Source: a bacterium (GTDB lineage Bacteria; JAAXHH01). Taken from it: 64,000 bases of DNA. The notes beneath the pieces were generated by a model. That model saw nothing but the letters and a program-made list of their open reading frames with translations, made no database searches and was not told the DNA's origin. Made by a program: the position numbers and the translations under genes. Location: positions 2,416,552-2,480,551 of the forward strand of contig OZ220749.1 in NCBI GenBank assembly GCA_965117045.1, in the 5' to 3' direction. Shown one piece after another: positions 18,781-28,273 of the stretch. Each line of letters begins with the position of its first letter. The first letter of the stretch is position 1.

Positions 18781-18926
18781 CAGATCGCTCTCCCTTCATC
18801 TAACAGGGCGAAGTTCGAGAGGAAAAGGTTCAGGAGGCACAACAGTTCTTTGCTTTACGGAGAGCCAGCAGGTCGAAGCCACACATACATGTTACAGGTG
18901 TCTTGCCGCTTGGAGTTTCACAGTCA

Positions 18927-19745
18927 TTACTCCGCATTCTGACCGAAAACCAATTGATAAAGGCTCTCGGCTTGCCTGCAGGCTTGTCGCAGAAATCCAA
19001 CATGGTCCTTGAATCCCGAGAAATCCGTTAAAACTTCAAGGCTAATGGGCCCCGCGTATGCAGTCCGCCGGATTTTCCCGCAGAGTACTGGCCAAGCTAT
19101 AAACCCTTCACCAGGAATGACATGATCGACATGCTCCCTGATCCTGTCGGACAAATGAAGGGCCAGAAGTCTGTCTGCCAAGCCATCAAGCAGATCGAAC
19201 GGTTTCGGACCGCCTATTTGGTCATGTGAGGAGTCGTAGCAGAATCCGAAGTGTTCACTGGGCAATCGGTCAAGTGCAGAACTGACAAGATCTGTCGCTG
19301 GACCCGGGAGGACATTTTCAAGTGCGAATCTCACACCGGTGTCTTCCGAAACTGGTAACAAGGCTTCACAATTCTCAAGTACCACTTCCAAGCGTTTGTC
19401 GAATTCACTGGAGTCGAAATGAAACGAACTCGCGTGGACAACGACAACCGGGACGTTGAGAAACGCTGCGGCCTCAGCGGCAGTCGTGAGGCGGGAAAGG
19501 GTATCAGGCAGATCAAGTCGGGTGCCGTGGATCGTGTCCATGCGCAGGTCAGATTCATCCAGAAGCCCGAGAAGACTACCCCTCTTCGATACACTCAGAT
19601 AGCCGGAGTGAGGCGCTATAGCGCCGAGCGATACGTGTGTGAATCCCGCGGCAGCTATCAGAGGCAGAAGATCTTCAAGAGAGCGGTCGTAGGAGAAGCA
19701 TGTCGAGATAGATGTCTGTGCTGGGTTCAACCGCCAAACTCCCAC
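18927..19745 (-). CDS. sugar phosphate isomerase/epimerase (xylose-isomerase-like TIM barrel)
   Basis: 272 aa. Pattern AAAGFTHVSL...FALENV...HLSD typical of AP-endonuclease 2 / xylose isomerase-like TIM barrels. Confidence 0.65.
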   Translation of the reverse strand: MGVWRLNPAQTSISTCFSYDRSLEDLLPLIAAAGFTHVSLGAIAPHSGYLSVSKRGSLLGLLDESDLRMDTIHGTRLDLPDTLSRLTTAAEAAAFLNVPVVVVHASSFHFDSSEFDKRLEVVLENCEALLPVSEDTGVRFALENVLPGPATDLVSSALDRLPSEHFGFCYDSSHDQIGGPKPFDLLDGLADRLLALHLSDRIREHVDHVIPGEGFIAWPVLCGKIRRTAYAGPISLEVLTDFSGFKDHVGFLRQACRQAESLYQLVFGQNAE

Positions 19746-19801
19746 GCAGGTATCTTGAACCTGCCAACTTCTAGATTAACGATTTGCGGTGCCTGAACCG
19801 A

Positions 19802-19822
19802 GCATCGGTTCAGAGAAGAGCC
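19802..19822. other. perfect 9-bp stem / 3-nt loop hairpin (ctgaaccga-gca-tcggttcag) between the P-loop gene and the isomerase gene
   Basis: Read directly in the sequence. No strong U-tract on either side. Confidence 0.3.
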
Positions 19823-19858
19823 ACAGGGTCGGAATTCGGGTTACTTGAAGTGGACTAC

Positions 19859-20467
19859 CTAGCTCACAACGTCGCCGGAAGGGGCCGATTCGCAGCTGCG
19901 CTGCGCATTCAATAATTGAATTCGCTTCACAATATCATCAATGCTGGGTGAGTAATGCTGTTCTGTCGAGACATAAACTGTAGGCAAGTCGAAGTCTGGA
20001 GCTTCATAGTTGCCAGGAGGTGATATTTCACCCGTTTTCCTATAAATTTCAACACGCTTATCTCCGTGATAGAACTCTCGATTCGGATTATCCAGACACC
20101 GCTGGAGGTGACGCTTGGCCGCCATCCTCCCGTCAACGGAGCATACGATAATGAAAGGAGTGCTCAATTCAAGTATCCTGGGCATTCTTGGTTCCCAAAC
20201 CTTGTGCTGAAACGCTGCCTCTAAAACGATAGAGACCTTACCCGCCAAGTGATGGTACACTATCTCGAAGAAAAGATTGGAGACTACGCCATTGGTGTCC
20301 GGTGGAAGCTGATCGTGTCTGATGCCATGAGTATTGACATAGCCCTCCTTGATCTCGTCGCGACTGATAACCGGCATCCACAATAACTCACCCAACCTTT
20401 TGGATAAACTCGTTTTCCCTGATCCCGGTCGACCTGTTGCGATAATGCATTTAGGTTTTCTGCTCAT
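19859..20467 (-). CDS. P-loop NTPase (AAA_33/zeta-toxin-like kinase fold)
   Basis: Walker A GRPGSGKTS near the N-terminus. 202 aa. Sits in a lower-GC segment. Confidence 0.55.
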   Translation of the reverse strand: MSRKPKCIIATGRPGSGKTSLSKRLGELLWMPVISRDEIKEGYVNTHGIRHDQLPPDTNGVVSNLFFEIVYHHLAGKVSIVLEAAFQHKVWEPRMPRILELSTPFIIVCSVDGRMAAKRHLQRCLDNPNREFYHGDKRVEIYRKTGEISPPGNYEAPDFDLPTVYVSTEQHYSPSIDDIVKRIQLLNAQRSCESAPSGDVVS

Positions 20468-20580
20468 GTTTCTGGCTTCCCAAAGTAATTCGAATGGCGA
20501 TCGGCAAATTCGACCTCAGGTTTTCCCGCTTTCGTAGTGGTTCCGCGTATCCATCATAACGTGCCACAAGGAGATATCGA

Positions 20581-21264
20581 TCAGCTAAGCATCACGCCGG
20601 TCACGCCGAGGTACAGTTCACCCTCGTGCCGCACGGTAAAGTCCATTTCGTAGGTCTTCGACATCTGGTCGAAGTCGGACTTCTCGAAGTATCTCTTGTA
20701 GATCTCGTATTGTCTTCCGTCGTTCAGCGTGCGTTGCGCGAGACCTTCCTTCGGTCGTGTTCCTCGGAAACGCGTCCAGTTGGAGTCCAAGATGAGAATG
20801 AGCCCGCCCGGTTTCAGTGCATTCTTCAGTTTTTTAAAAAACGGGGCCATCCGGGCATCGGTGACATGACTGAGGAAGAATCCCACCAGCACGGAGTCGT
20901 AGGTTCGTTGATCCAGTGATACTTCCAGGGCATCGGCCTTTATGAACCTGGTGATCGGTTCAACTCCGTGTTCACGAGTCTTCGCACGTCCTTCAAGCAG
21001 CATATTTTCCGACTGATCCACGAGCGTAATGGACGAACAACACGAAGCGTAGAACTGAAGCCAGTAGCCGGTACCGCAGGGAATGTCCAGGAAGCTGCCG
21101 TGGCAGTGGTCGCCAACAAGTTTTCCCAGGGATCTTGCTTCCCGCATGTATAGCTCGGGATCCGCAACCTGGCCAGGCGGTTTGCCCTGAGTATAGATTT
21201 CGTCATACTCGGCAGCCCGCTCATTGTAGTACTCGTTCATGTTCTGCCGGAGGTGCTGACTCAT
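20581..21264 (-). CDS. class I SAM-dependent methyltransferase (close paralog of 33671..34354)
   Basis: Near-identical blocks to the 33.7-kb gene (NEYYNERAAEYDEIYTQGKPPG, LDIPCGTGYWLQFYA, LVDQSENML, VGFFLSH, LKPGG). Start set to the ATG at 21264 preceded by GGAGGAA. Confidence 0.75.
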   Translation of the reverse strand: MSQHLRQNMNEYYNERAAEYDEIYTQGKPPGQVADPELYMREARSLGKLVGDHCHGSFLDIPCGTGYWLQFYASCCSSITLVDQSENMLLEGRAKTREHGVEPITRFIKADALEVSLDQRTYDSVLVGFFLSHVTDARMAPFFKKLKNALKPGGLILILDSNWTRFRGTRPKEGLAQRTLNDGRQYEIYKRYFEKSDFDQMSKTYEMDFTVRHEGELYLGVTGVMLS

Positions 21265-21310
21265 AAGGTGTTCCTCCATTTTTAAGACGATCTGTGAATA
21301 GGTGGATTGG

Positions 21311-21345
21311 CAACAAAAAACCCGGCGTTGATACAACGCCGGGTT
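21311..21345 (-). terminator. Rho-independent terminator (minus strand)
   Basis: Perfect 11-bp GC-rich stem aacccggcgtt / loop gatac / aacgccgggtt. On the minus strand it is followed by TTTTTTTG. Lies just 3' of the GNAT remnant. Confidence 0.5.
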
Positions 21346-21466
21346 AAGAAACCGTCCAGTCAATGTGGGGACATTCCATGTGCGCTCCACGGATGGGCCA
21401 CCCGCTCACTGCTGATCTTCAGTATACCGTTGAATAAGCCAGATGTCAACTTATCTATTGAAGCAC

Positions 21467-21697
21467 TCATCGGTCGACGAGATACTTCTTGAACCCCCGA
21501 CTGTTTGCATCGTCGAATCCCAGACTTCTATAGAATCCTGCCTGGTCGTCCTTGGGACCGCTTAACACCTGGATTTTAAAACAGTCGTTATGCTTTGCAA
21601 CGTCCGTTGCAAAGTCCATCATTTTCTGCCCTATACCCTTTCTTCTCCACTCCCTGCTTACGACTTTTCGTATCCTCCAATAAGCTGCCGTATCAAA
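21467..21697 (-). pseudogene. GNAT acetyltransferase C-terminal remnant (N-terminal half absent)
   Basis: 76-codon ORF ...YWRIRKVVSREWRRKGIGQKMMDFATDVAKHNDCFKIQVLSGPKDDQAGFYRSLGFDD. This contains GNAT motif A (RRKGIG) and the FY..lGF tail. Only about 24 nt separate it from the stop of the 2H-phosphoesterase gene, so no room for an N-terminal half. Confidence 0.4.
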
Positions 21698-21721
21698 TCA
21701 AAACCACGCGGAGAATCCGTT

Positions 21722-22240
21722 TCACAGGACAAAGGAAGTATGCTTACTCCACTTGCCGCTGTGTTTCACCATTAGCCAAACCTCTTCTGCACGATTCTTC
21801 ATCGGTAGGTACGATCCGGCATGTGATCGAAACTCATCGGCGACTGCCTCCAACGCAACCGCATCATCCACGTGGGCTACGGTAAGGTGAGGGGTGATGG
21901 ATGGATACGCCCCTTTGTAAGGCGGATGGTCCGGAAAATGATTTACCAGAGATCGGGTCATTCTTATAAACTCATTATCGGGCTCCGGATGCATATATAG
22001 AACGCCAGGCCATCTGCGTACCTCGACCAGGGAAAAATCGAAAGGCTTAAAACGCTGAATCACCTCCCGGACTTCATTGACACTATTGGGTGTGATTTCC
22101 CCACGATCGAGAAACGGATAGAGTAAGGTGATATGAGCAGGAACCCCGGCCCCGGCAGCCGGATCATACCTATTCCTATACGCCCCGACCAATTCCTCTG
22201 CCTCGGGTACTGGAATGATGATCGTTGATTCGTCTGGCAT
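21722..22240 (-). CDS. 2'-5' RNA ligase / 2H phosphoesterase superfamily protein (LigT-like)
   Basis: Two H-x-T/S-x motifs (HITL and HLTV) at the typical spacing. 172 aa. Confidence 0.7.
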   Translation of the reverse strand: MPDESTIIIPVPEAEELVGAYRNRYDPAAGAGVPAHITLLYPFLDRGEITPNSVNEVREVIQRFKPFDFSLVEVRRWPGVLYMHPEPDNEFIRMTRSLVNHFPDHPPYKGAYPSITPHLTVAHVDDAVALEAVADEFRSHAGSYLPMKNRAEEVWLMVKHSGKWSKHTSFVL

Positions 22241-22367
22241 TTCAGATCCTCTCCAACTGATGGCATGAACTTTCTAGCTTCTGGTTAACATCTCTCATAA
22301 AGCGGTTCTCTATGCAAGAGGACGCGGGTCTTCTTGACGACGGTAATCACCGCCCTGTTTCAGTGAT

Positions 22368-22832
22368 TCAGGTAACTTTCTTAAGTTCATTGCGCAGGCG
22401 TTCCAGACTGTCTTCAGGCCACACCTCGTTTCTGTCGTATCCTTTTTCAAATTGGGGAACATGAGCCGGCAACTCAAGCCAGAGGTGCTTTTCCTTGATC
22501 CAAATATGCGCGTTTATCTCAAGAACCCTCATGTCGTCCAATGTTCGCGAACTCAGCAGCGCGGTGGCCGGATGATTGGAAGCGGTCCTGTAGATAACCT
22601 CTTCGCAGGATTCGCAGATAAACGTGGTTCGGCTTGCATCGGAAGGCTTTGGAACAACTACCCCATGATCTGATGCAATATCGCTTTCCAGAACGATAGT
22701 CGTAATCCCGAAGGCGGAACCGGTAGCCTTCTGACAGTCGAGACAGTGGCACGCGTGCACGAAAAGAGGCGAGTTACGAAGCGAGTAACGCGCTTCTCCG
22801 CAGCTACAGCCACCAGAGAGTTTTCTTTTCAT
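22368..22832 (-). CDS. GFA family protein (glutathione-dependent formaldehyde-activating / CENP-V-like)
   Basis: Zinc-cysteine pattern CSCG...CHC..C plus downstream CESC. Start set at the internal Met (MKRKLSGGCSCG). Confidence 0.7.
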   Translation of the reverse strand: MKRKLSGGCSCGEARYSLRNSPLFVHACHCLDCQKATGSAFGITTIVLESDIASDHGVVVPKPSDASRTTFICESCEEVIYRTASNHPATALLSSRTLDDMRVLEINAHIWIKEKHLWLELPAHVPQFEKGYDRNEVWPEDSLERLRNELKKVT

Positions 22833-22833
22833 G

Positions 22834-23187
22834 TTAACCTGTTTCCGGCCAGTCGGCACCGGCTCCCGGACCGATAACATGCCAGTGCATGTGGGGCGTA
22901 ACGCCGGGTGCCGCCACGTTGGTCCTTACATAGAATCCGGCGTCATCCAGCAGGCCGGAGGAAGTCGCAGTCTGCTGGACGGCCTGCATCATCGAAGTGA
23001 GAAGATTCCCGTCCAGGGCGGCCTCATCCATGAGTCCCGCTACATGGGCTTTCGGTATGACGACCACGTGGACCTGGGCTACGGGTCTCGGATGATGGAA
23101 CGCCAGGACCAGATCGTCTTCATAGACGCGCTCTACGAGGAGTCTACCCGAAAGTACATCCTCGCAATACCAATCTCACCGAGGCAT
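22834..23187 (-). CDS. HIT (histidine triad) family protein, N-terminus interrupted by an in-frame TGA
   Basis: C-terminal HMHWHVI histidine triad and VVIPKAH block. The frame reads ATG-CCT-CGG-TGA and then continues DWYCEDVLSGRLLVERVYEDD with no canonical start codon. Confidence 0.5.
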
Positions 23188-23590
23188 AGATAACCCACTT
23201 TCTCATTCCTAAGGTGCTACCATTCGGATTGCCTTGATTATATCGTTAGACGTACCACTGCTTGTATCAGTGGATAGATCCCGATTAAACCGGAACACTT
23301 TAGTTCTTGCTATACCGATACGAGGCTATTTCATACCCGTAATATACTCCGACCTGAAGCGGTATCCATTCGTTTACTAGAAAAACTAACCTCGAACGGT
23401 CAGGGAGTAATGATTTTGCTACAGGCACGGAAGGTATACTCGACACTCATTTCGGGCGGAATTTCGGACCGCTACGGAAGAATCTGCGTTACGCTTCTCT
23501 ATCAAGCAGGTTGTAGCCTCGGCAGCCGACCAAGCTCAAGCATCTGTAAACGTACTGTGACAGTATGCAGATATGTAGAGAGGAGGGGGA

Positions 23591-24211
23591 ATGAAGTTGT
23601 ATCTGTCCTCTTATCGTTTGGGTAATGAGACGGAGAAACTGATCTCGATGGTCCCGGAAAACAAAAGGGCAGCTGTGATTTTCAATGCACTCGATTTCTC
23701 CAGCGATTTGGAGAGAAAGCAGTCAACTATCGATCGTGAGATTCACGATTTGTCCGAAATAGGTTTGGAACCCGAGGAGTTTGATTTACGCCCATACTTT
23801 GGGAATCTCGGGTCTCTGAATGAAAAGCTATCCCGCTTTGGTCTCATATGGGCGATTGGCGGAAATACATTCGTGCTGAGAAGAGCAATGAGCCAGAGTG
23901 GGTTCGATAAATTCCTAATCGAGCACAGAAACAATGATTCTCTGATTTATGCGGGATACAGTGCCGGAGCCTGTGTTCTGTCGCCTACACTACGGGGCAT
24001 TGATCTTGTCGATGATCCGCAGTTAGTGCCAGAGGGATATGAAAGCGATGTAATCTGGGAAGGAATGTCCCTGATCAATTACTGCATAGCGCCACACTAT
24101 AAATCGAACCATGCTGAGTCTGAGTTGATGGACAAAACCATCGAGTACTTTATCGAGAACAAAATACTGTTCAAAGCGCTTCATGATGGGGAAGTTGTAG
24201 TCATCGAATGA
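23591..24211 (+). CDS. peptidase E-like (S51 family, class I glutamine amidotransferase-like fold)
   Basis: Strong SD GAGAGGAGGGGGA then ATG. GGNTFVL and AGYSAGA nucleophile region typical of S51 dipeptidase E. Low-GC codon usage. Confidence 0.65.
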   Translation: MKLYLSSYRLGNETEKLISMVPENKRAAVIFNALDFSSDLERKQSTIDREIHDLSEIGLEPEEFDLRPYFGNLGSLNEKLSRFGLIWAIGGNTFVLRRAMSQSGFDKFLIEHRNNDSLIYAGYSAGACVLSPTLRGIDLVDDPQLVPEGYESDVIWEGMSLINYCIAPHYKSNHAESELMDKTIEYFIENKILFKALHDGEVVVIE

Positions 24212-24417
24212 ATCTTCTCAGAATAGACGCTACGGCCTGAGTTGGTGTTGTGTCCCAGAAACAGCCTTGCATAAACGCTCGATTTTCTGAAGGATCGATA
24301 CCGTGGTGACAGTTCATACTAAAGGCTTTGACGTCTGGTTGTAGTTGTCGGTGAAGGGTTGGATTCTTTCGATGAGTTCTTTCACGAACCTGTTAGAGTT
24401 TTGTACTGAGGGGGACA

Positions 24418-25224
24418 GTGGACCGAAACGTATTCCAACACTACGAGAAGATCGTGGACGAATCCAGTCGTCTGGCCAAGGGAACCGCCCGGTTGGAAGG
24501 CGAAAGGACCAGGGAGATCCTGCGGGAACACCTGCCCGCGCCGCCAGCCCGCATCCTCGACGTGGGCGGCGGCCCGGGCGCCTACGCCTTCTGGCTGGCG
24601 GAGCGGTCCTATGAAGTCCATCTGCTGGACATTGTCCCGCTCCACATCGAGCAGGCGAAGGAACGGAATAAAGACGGAATCCTGAAGAGCGCGGCGGGCG
24701 GCGATGCCAGAACCCTGGACTTCAAGACGGATTCCGTGGACGCGGTTCTTCTGCTGGGTCCCCTGTACCACCTTCCGGAGCGGCCGGACCGGATCGAAGC
24801 GCTTGAGGAATCCCTCCGCGTGCTGAAACCGGGAGGCGTTCTCTTCTGTGCAGCCATTTCCAGATTCGCGTCACTCCTGAACGGCATGAGGAAGGGATAC
24901 CTGTTCGATCCGGTATTTTCCAGGATAGTCCTGAAAGACCTGAATGAAGGGCGCCACGAGAACTCGGAAATGGACCCCCGCTACTTCACCACTTCCTGTT
25001 TCCACCGGCCTGAAGAACTCGAAGAAGAGATCACGGACGCGGGGTTCGACCTGGTGAAGACGGTTGGGGTGGAGGGTCCGGCCTGGCTTCTCGGCGATTT
25101 CGATGACCTGTGGGCAGACGAGTCAAAGCGCGAGGAGATGCTTACCTTTCTGAAACTGGTCGAGACGGAATCCTCTCTTATTGGCGTGAGCGCGCACTTA
25201 CTCACCGTCGCGAAAGCGCCCTGA
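24418..25224 (+). CDS. class I SAM-dependent methyltransferase (tandem paralog 1)
   Basis: GTG start. Motif I ILDVGGGPGAYAFWLA. About 80% aa identity to 25829..26635. Confidence 0.8.
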   Translation: MDRNVFQHYEKIVDESSRLAKGTARLEGERTREILREHLPAPPARILDVGGGPGAYAFWLAERSYEVHLLDIVPLHIEQAKERNKDGILKSAAGGDARTLDFKTDSVDAVLLLGPLYHLPERPDRIEALEESLRVLKPGGVLFCAAISRFASLLNGMRKGYLFDPVFSRIVLKDLNEGRHENSEMDPRYFTTSCFHRPEELEEEITDAGFDLVKTVGVEGPAWLLGDFDDLWADESKREEMLTFLKLVETESSLIGVSAHLLTVAKAP

Positions 25225-25336
25225 TGAGTATAGAATAGCCGGACCGGGGGTCGGTGTGTAATTTACACGCGAATGAAGTTACTGATCAGGGTTTAATTCA
25301 ATCACCCGTTTTTCCTATCATATCGGTCGTAGGCGT

Positions 25337-25792
25337 ATGGGCGTCGAACCGGTCAGTATCCATATCGAACCCCTCGAGACAAGACACCATCCCGGGATTA
25401 TTGCCATCATGGAGGACCTCCCCGAATGGTTTGACGAAACGGCTAGAACCAGGTCTGTCCCCACCGACTTGCGGCATCAGATGGGGTTTGTGGCCGCCAG
25501 AGATCAAGAGGTGGTCGGGTTTATTACCCTCTACGTCGCAGAGGGACGGATGCACATCGGCTGGCTCGCGGTCGACAGGCAGATGCAAGGTCATGGTATT
25601 GGCAGCCGACTACTTAAAGCGGCCGAATCGGAAGCGCATGAGATGGGCATCGACGAACTGGCGACGTACACGCTGGGCGAAAGTGTCGCGTACCAACCCT
25701 ACGAATTGACCAGACGATTCTACTGGAAACACGGATTCACAGTATTCAAGCGTTCCAGGACGGACAATCCCGGATGCCCCGAAGAGATCTGA
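25337..25792 (+). CDS. GNAT family N-acetyltransferase
   Basis: Motif A QGHGIGSRLL. C-terminal RFYWKHGF. Confidence 0.8.
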   Translation: MGVEPVSIHIEPLETRHHPGIIAIMEDLPEWFDETARTRSVPTDLRHQMGFVAARDQEVVGFITLYVAEGRMHIGWLAVDRQMQGHGIGSRLLKAAESEAHEMGIDELATYTLGESVAYQPYELTRRFYWKHGFTVFKRSRTDNPGCPEEI

Positions 25793-25828
25793 ATTTCGAA
25801 ACAGATCGATCCATAAAAGAGGTTCACC

Positions 25829-26635
25829 GTGGACCGTGACGTAATCCATTACTACGAGCATCTGGAGAACGAATCCGAGCGGCTCGAGATGGGAACCGCC
25901 CGGTTGGAAGGCGAAAGGACCCGGGAGATCCTTCGGGAATACCTGCCCCCACCGCCGGCCCGTATTCTCGATGCCGGTGGCGGCCCGGGGACCTATGCCT
26001 TCTGGCTTGCCGGGCAATCCTACGATGTCTATTTGCTGGACATCGTCCCGCGCCACATCGAACAGGCAAGGGAACGGGACAAGGACAGAATCCTGAAGAG
26101 CGCGGCGGTCGGAGACGCCAGAGACCTCGACTTCGAGACGGATTCCATGGACGCGGTCCTGCTGCTGGGTCCCCTGTACCACCTGCAGGAGCGGCCGGAC
26201 CGGATCGCGGCGCTTGAAGAATCCCGGCGTGTGCTGAAGCAGGGAGGTGTTCTTATCTGTGCTGCCATCTCCAGATTTGCTTCGTTTCTGGACGGCATGA
26301 AACAGGGATATCTCTTCAATCCCGAGTTCGCCAGAATCGTCCTGAAGGACCTGAATGAAGGGCGCCACGAGAACCCGGACATGGATCCCCGTTACTTCAC
26401 TACGGCATGTTTCCATCGGCCGGACGAACTCGAAGAGGAAATAACGGACGCGGGGTTCGACCTGGTGAAGACGATCGGACTGGAAGGCCCGGCGTGGCTG
26501 TTAAGTGATTTCGATGAGCTTTGGGCGGACGAGGCGAAGCGCAAGGATCTACTCACTTTCCTTAAGTTGGTCGAGTCGGAAACCTCAATCATCGGCGTGA
26601 GCGCGCACATCCTCGCCGCCGCGAAAGCGCCCTGA
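25829..26635 (+). CDS. class I SAM-dependent methyltransferase (tandem paralog 2)
   Basis: GTG start. Motif I ILDAGGGPGTYAFWLA. Shares a 30-nt identical DNA stretch (ggaaccgcccggttggaaggcgaaaggacc) with paralog 1. Confidence 0.8.
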   Translation: MDRDVIHYYEHLENESERLEMGTARLEGERTREILREYLPPPPARILDAGGGPGTYAFWLAGQSYDVYLLDIVPRHIEQARERDKDRILKSAAVGDARDLDFETDSMDAVLLLGPLYHLQERPDRIAALEESRRVLKQGGVLICAAISRFASFLDGMKQGYLFNPEFARIVLKDLNEGRHENPDMDPRYFTTACFHRPDELEEEITDAGFDLVKTIGLEGPAWLLSDFDELWADEAKRKDLLTFLKLVESETSIIGVSAHILAAAKAP

Positions 26636-26804
26636 CGAAGGCCGGATAGCGTGAAGCGTCGCGGCGAAGCCCGGCGTCCCGGAAGCGTTACGCGGAACAG
26701 TCCAGCGGGTCGCGGCCAGCGGGATGAGTCCAGCAGGACATCTCGGGTTACCTGCACATTCTAGTTTGGTCCCATCAGTTTAGTCCAACTGTAGAGGCGA
26801 AATT

Positions 26805-27479
26805 TTGCGGATTTCAGCCATATCCTTCGACGGCGACATGACCCTGTGGGACTTTCAGAAGGTCATGCGTCATTCATTGAAGAAAGCCCTGGCGGAATTG
26901 CGTCGGCTGGTTCCGACGCAAGAAGCCGCGGACCTCTCGGTGGAAGAAATGATCGCGATACGGAAACGGGTCGAGGAAGAAGAGGAGGGGCGAACCTGGA
27001 ACATGGAGGAACTCAGACTCCTCGCGTTTGAAAGGACGCTCGAACGTTTGGGGCGCCCGGACCGCGATGTCGCTGCCCATCTGAATGAGCTCTACCTCAA
27101 GCATCGCTTTGAAGACATTGAGCTGTATCCAGATGTGATTCCGGCTCTCGATCGGCTTGCACCGCACTACAAGCTGGGCCTGCTGTCAAACGGGAACAGC
27201 TACCCCGAGCGATGCGGGCTCGAGGGGCGGTTTGCATTCGTGGTCTTCTCGCAGGACGTGCAGGTTAGAAAGCCCGATCGGAGGATCTTCGAGATCGCCG
27301 CGCAGAAAGCAGACTGTCCGATGGACGAACTGCTGCACGTGGGGGATTCGCTCGAGAACGATGTCGCGGGGGCGAACGCGGCAGGCGCGCATACAGTCTG
27401 GCTGAACCGCGAAGGACTGCCGGAAGACACCGCGATCAAAGCCGACGTTGAAATCACCTCGCTGGCCGACCTGCCTTGA
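26805..27479 (+). CDS. HAD-superfamily hydrolase
   Basis: Motif I DGDMT (DxDxT). Motif IV GDSLENDVAGANAAG. Probable TTG start. Confidence 0.7.
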   Translation: MRISAISFDGDMTLWDFQKVMRHSLKKALAELRRLVPTQEAADLSVEEMIAIRKRVEEEEEGRTWNMEELRLLAFERTLERLGRPDRDVAAHLNELYLKHRFEDIELYPDVIPALDRLAPHYKLGLLSNGNSYPERCGLEGRFAFVVFSQDVQVRKPDRRIFEIAAQKADCPMDELLHVGDSLENDVAGANAAGAHTVWLNREGLPEDTAIKADVEITSLADLP

Positions 27480-27554
27480 GGTTCTAGGACCAGGACGCAC
27501 CTGAGGGCGGATCCGTCGACCTGGTTTACAAACGCAAAACCGGATCCATCCTGC

Positions 27555-28214
27555 CTAGAACCCGTAGCTGAGACCCAGTTTCAGGACCGGATACATGGAT
27601 GCGACGCCGGGGATGTCCTCGTTGGCCGATTCGGCCTCCGCATCCAGGTCCATCCTGAACTGCGGGTCCGAAGATACGGAACCGGTAGCCTCGAGGCTGT
27701 ATTCCGGCGTCCCGTGGTAGGCTACCCCGACATCCAGCGCAAAGCCGAAACCGGTTCCGACGGCGTTGCCCCACCCCAGACCCAGGTAGGGCGCAATTTT
27801 GGAGGTCCCAAGTGAGCCGCGGATCGTTCCCACCTGGGCCGGTGTGTATACGTTGTTCCCAAGCTCCACATCATCGGTCGGAGCACCCTCGACGCTAAGC
27901 GACCCTCCGAAGTACACCACGCCCGTACTCAGACGGAAACCGCTTTCGTTCGGATACAGATCGAGCACGGCCGTCACGGCGGCAGCGGGGAACTCCACAT
28001 CCAGTTCCACGTCCTCCACGGTGACCTGGAAATCGACCGGCTGAAAATCGATCCCCCCTCGGAAGTTGATCCGGCTAGCAAGTGGCGTAGCGACCTGCGC
28101 CCCGATCCCGAGCGTGCCCACGTGGACAGATCCCGTAGTCCCTTGTGCAAGGGCGGGGGATGTGCTTAGGCCCAGCAGTATGATCGTCATGAACCCGAAT
28201 CTCAGGCTTCGCAT
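27555..28214 (-). CDS. outer-membrane beta-barrel protein (OmpW/OmpA-beta-barrel-like)
   Basis: Signal peptide ending ALAQG. Alternating amphipathic beta-strands. C-terminal LSYGF with terminal Phe typical of OMPs. Confidence 0.55.
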   Translation of the reverse strand: MRSLRFGFMTIILLGLSTSPALAQGTTGSVHVGTLGIGAQVATPLASRINFRGGIDFQPVDFQVTVEDVELDVEFPAAAVTAVLDLYPNESGFRLSTGVVYFGGSLSVEGAPTDDVELGNNVYTPAQVGTIRGSLGTSKIAPYLGLGWGNAVGTGFGFALDVGVAYHGTPEYSLEATGSVSSDPQFRMDLDAEAESANEDIPGVASMYPVLKLGLSYGF

Positions 28215-28273
28215 CGTATTTTCCTCGTGAATTTCGCTCTAATTGAAACTAAAAAGTGCGCTGTCCCGCATCT

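Noticed and set aside
19746-24417. Mobile genetic element (genomic island with integrase/transposase)
   Set aside because: Composition and gene decay suggest foreign origin. But there is no integrase, transposase, tRNA attachment site or flanking direct repeats that I could find, so I report it only as a compositional islet.
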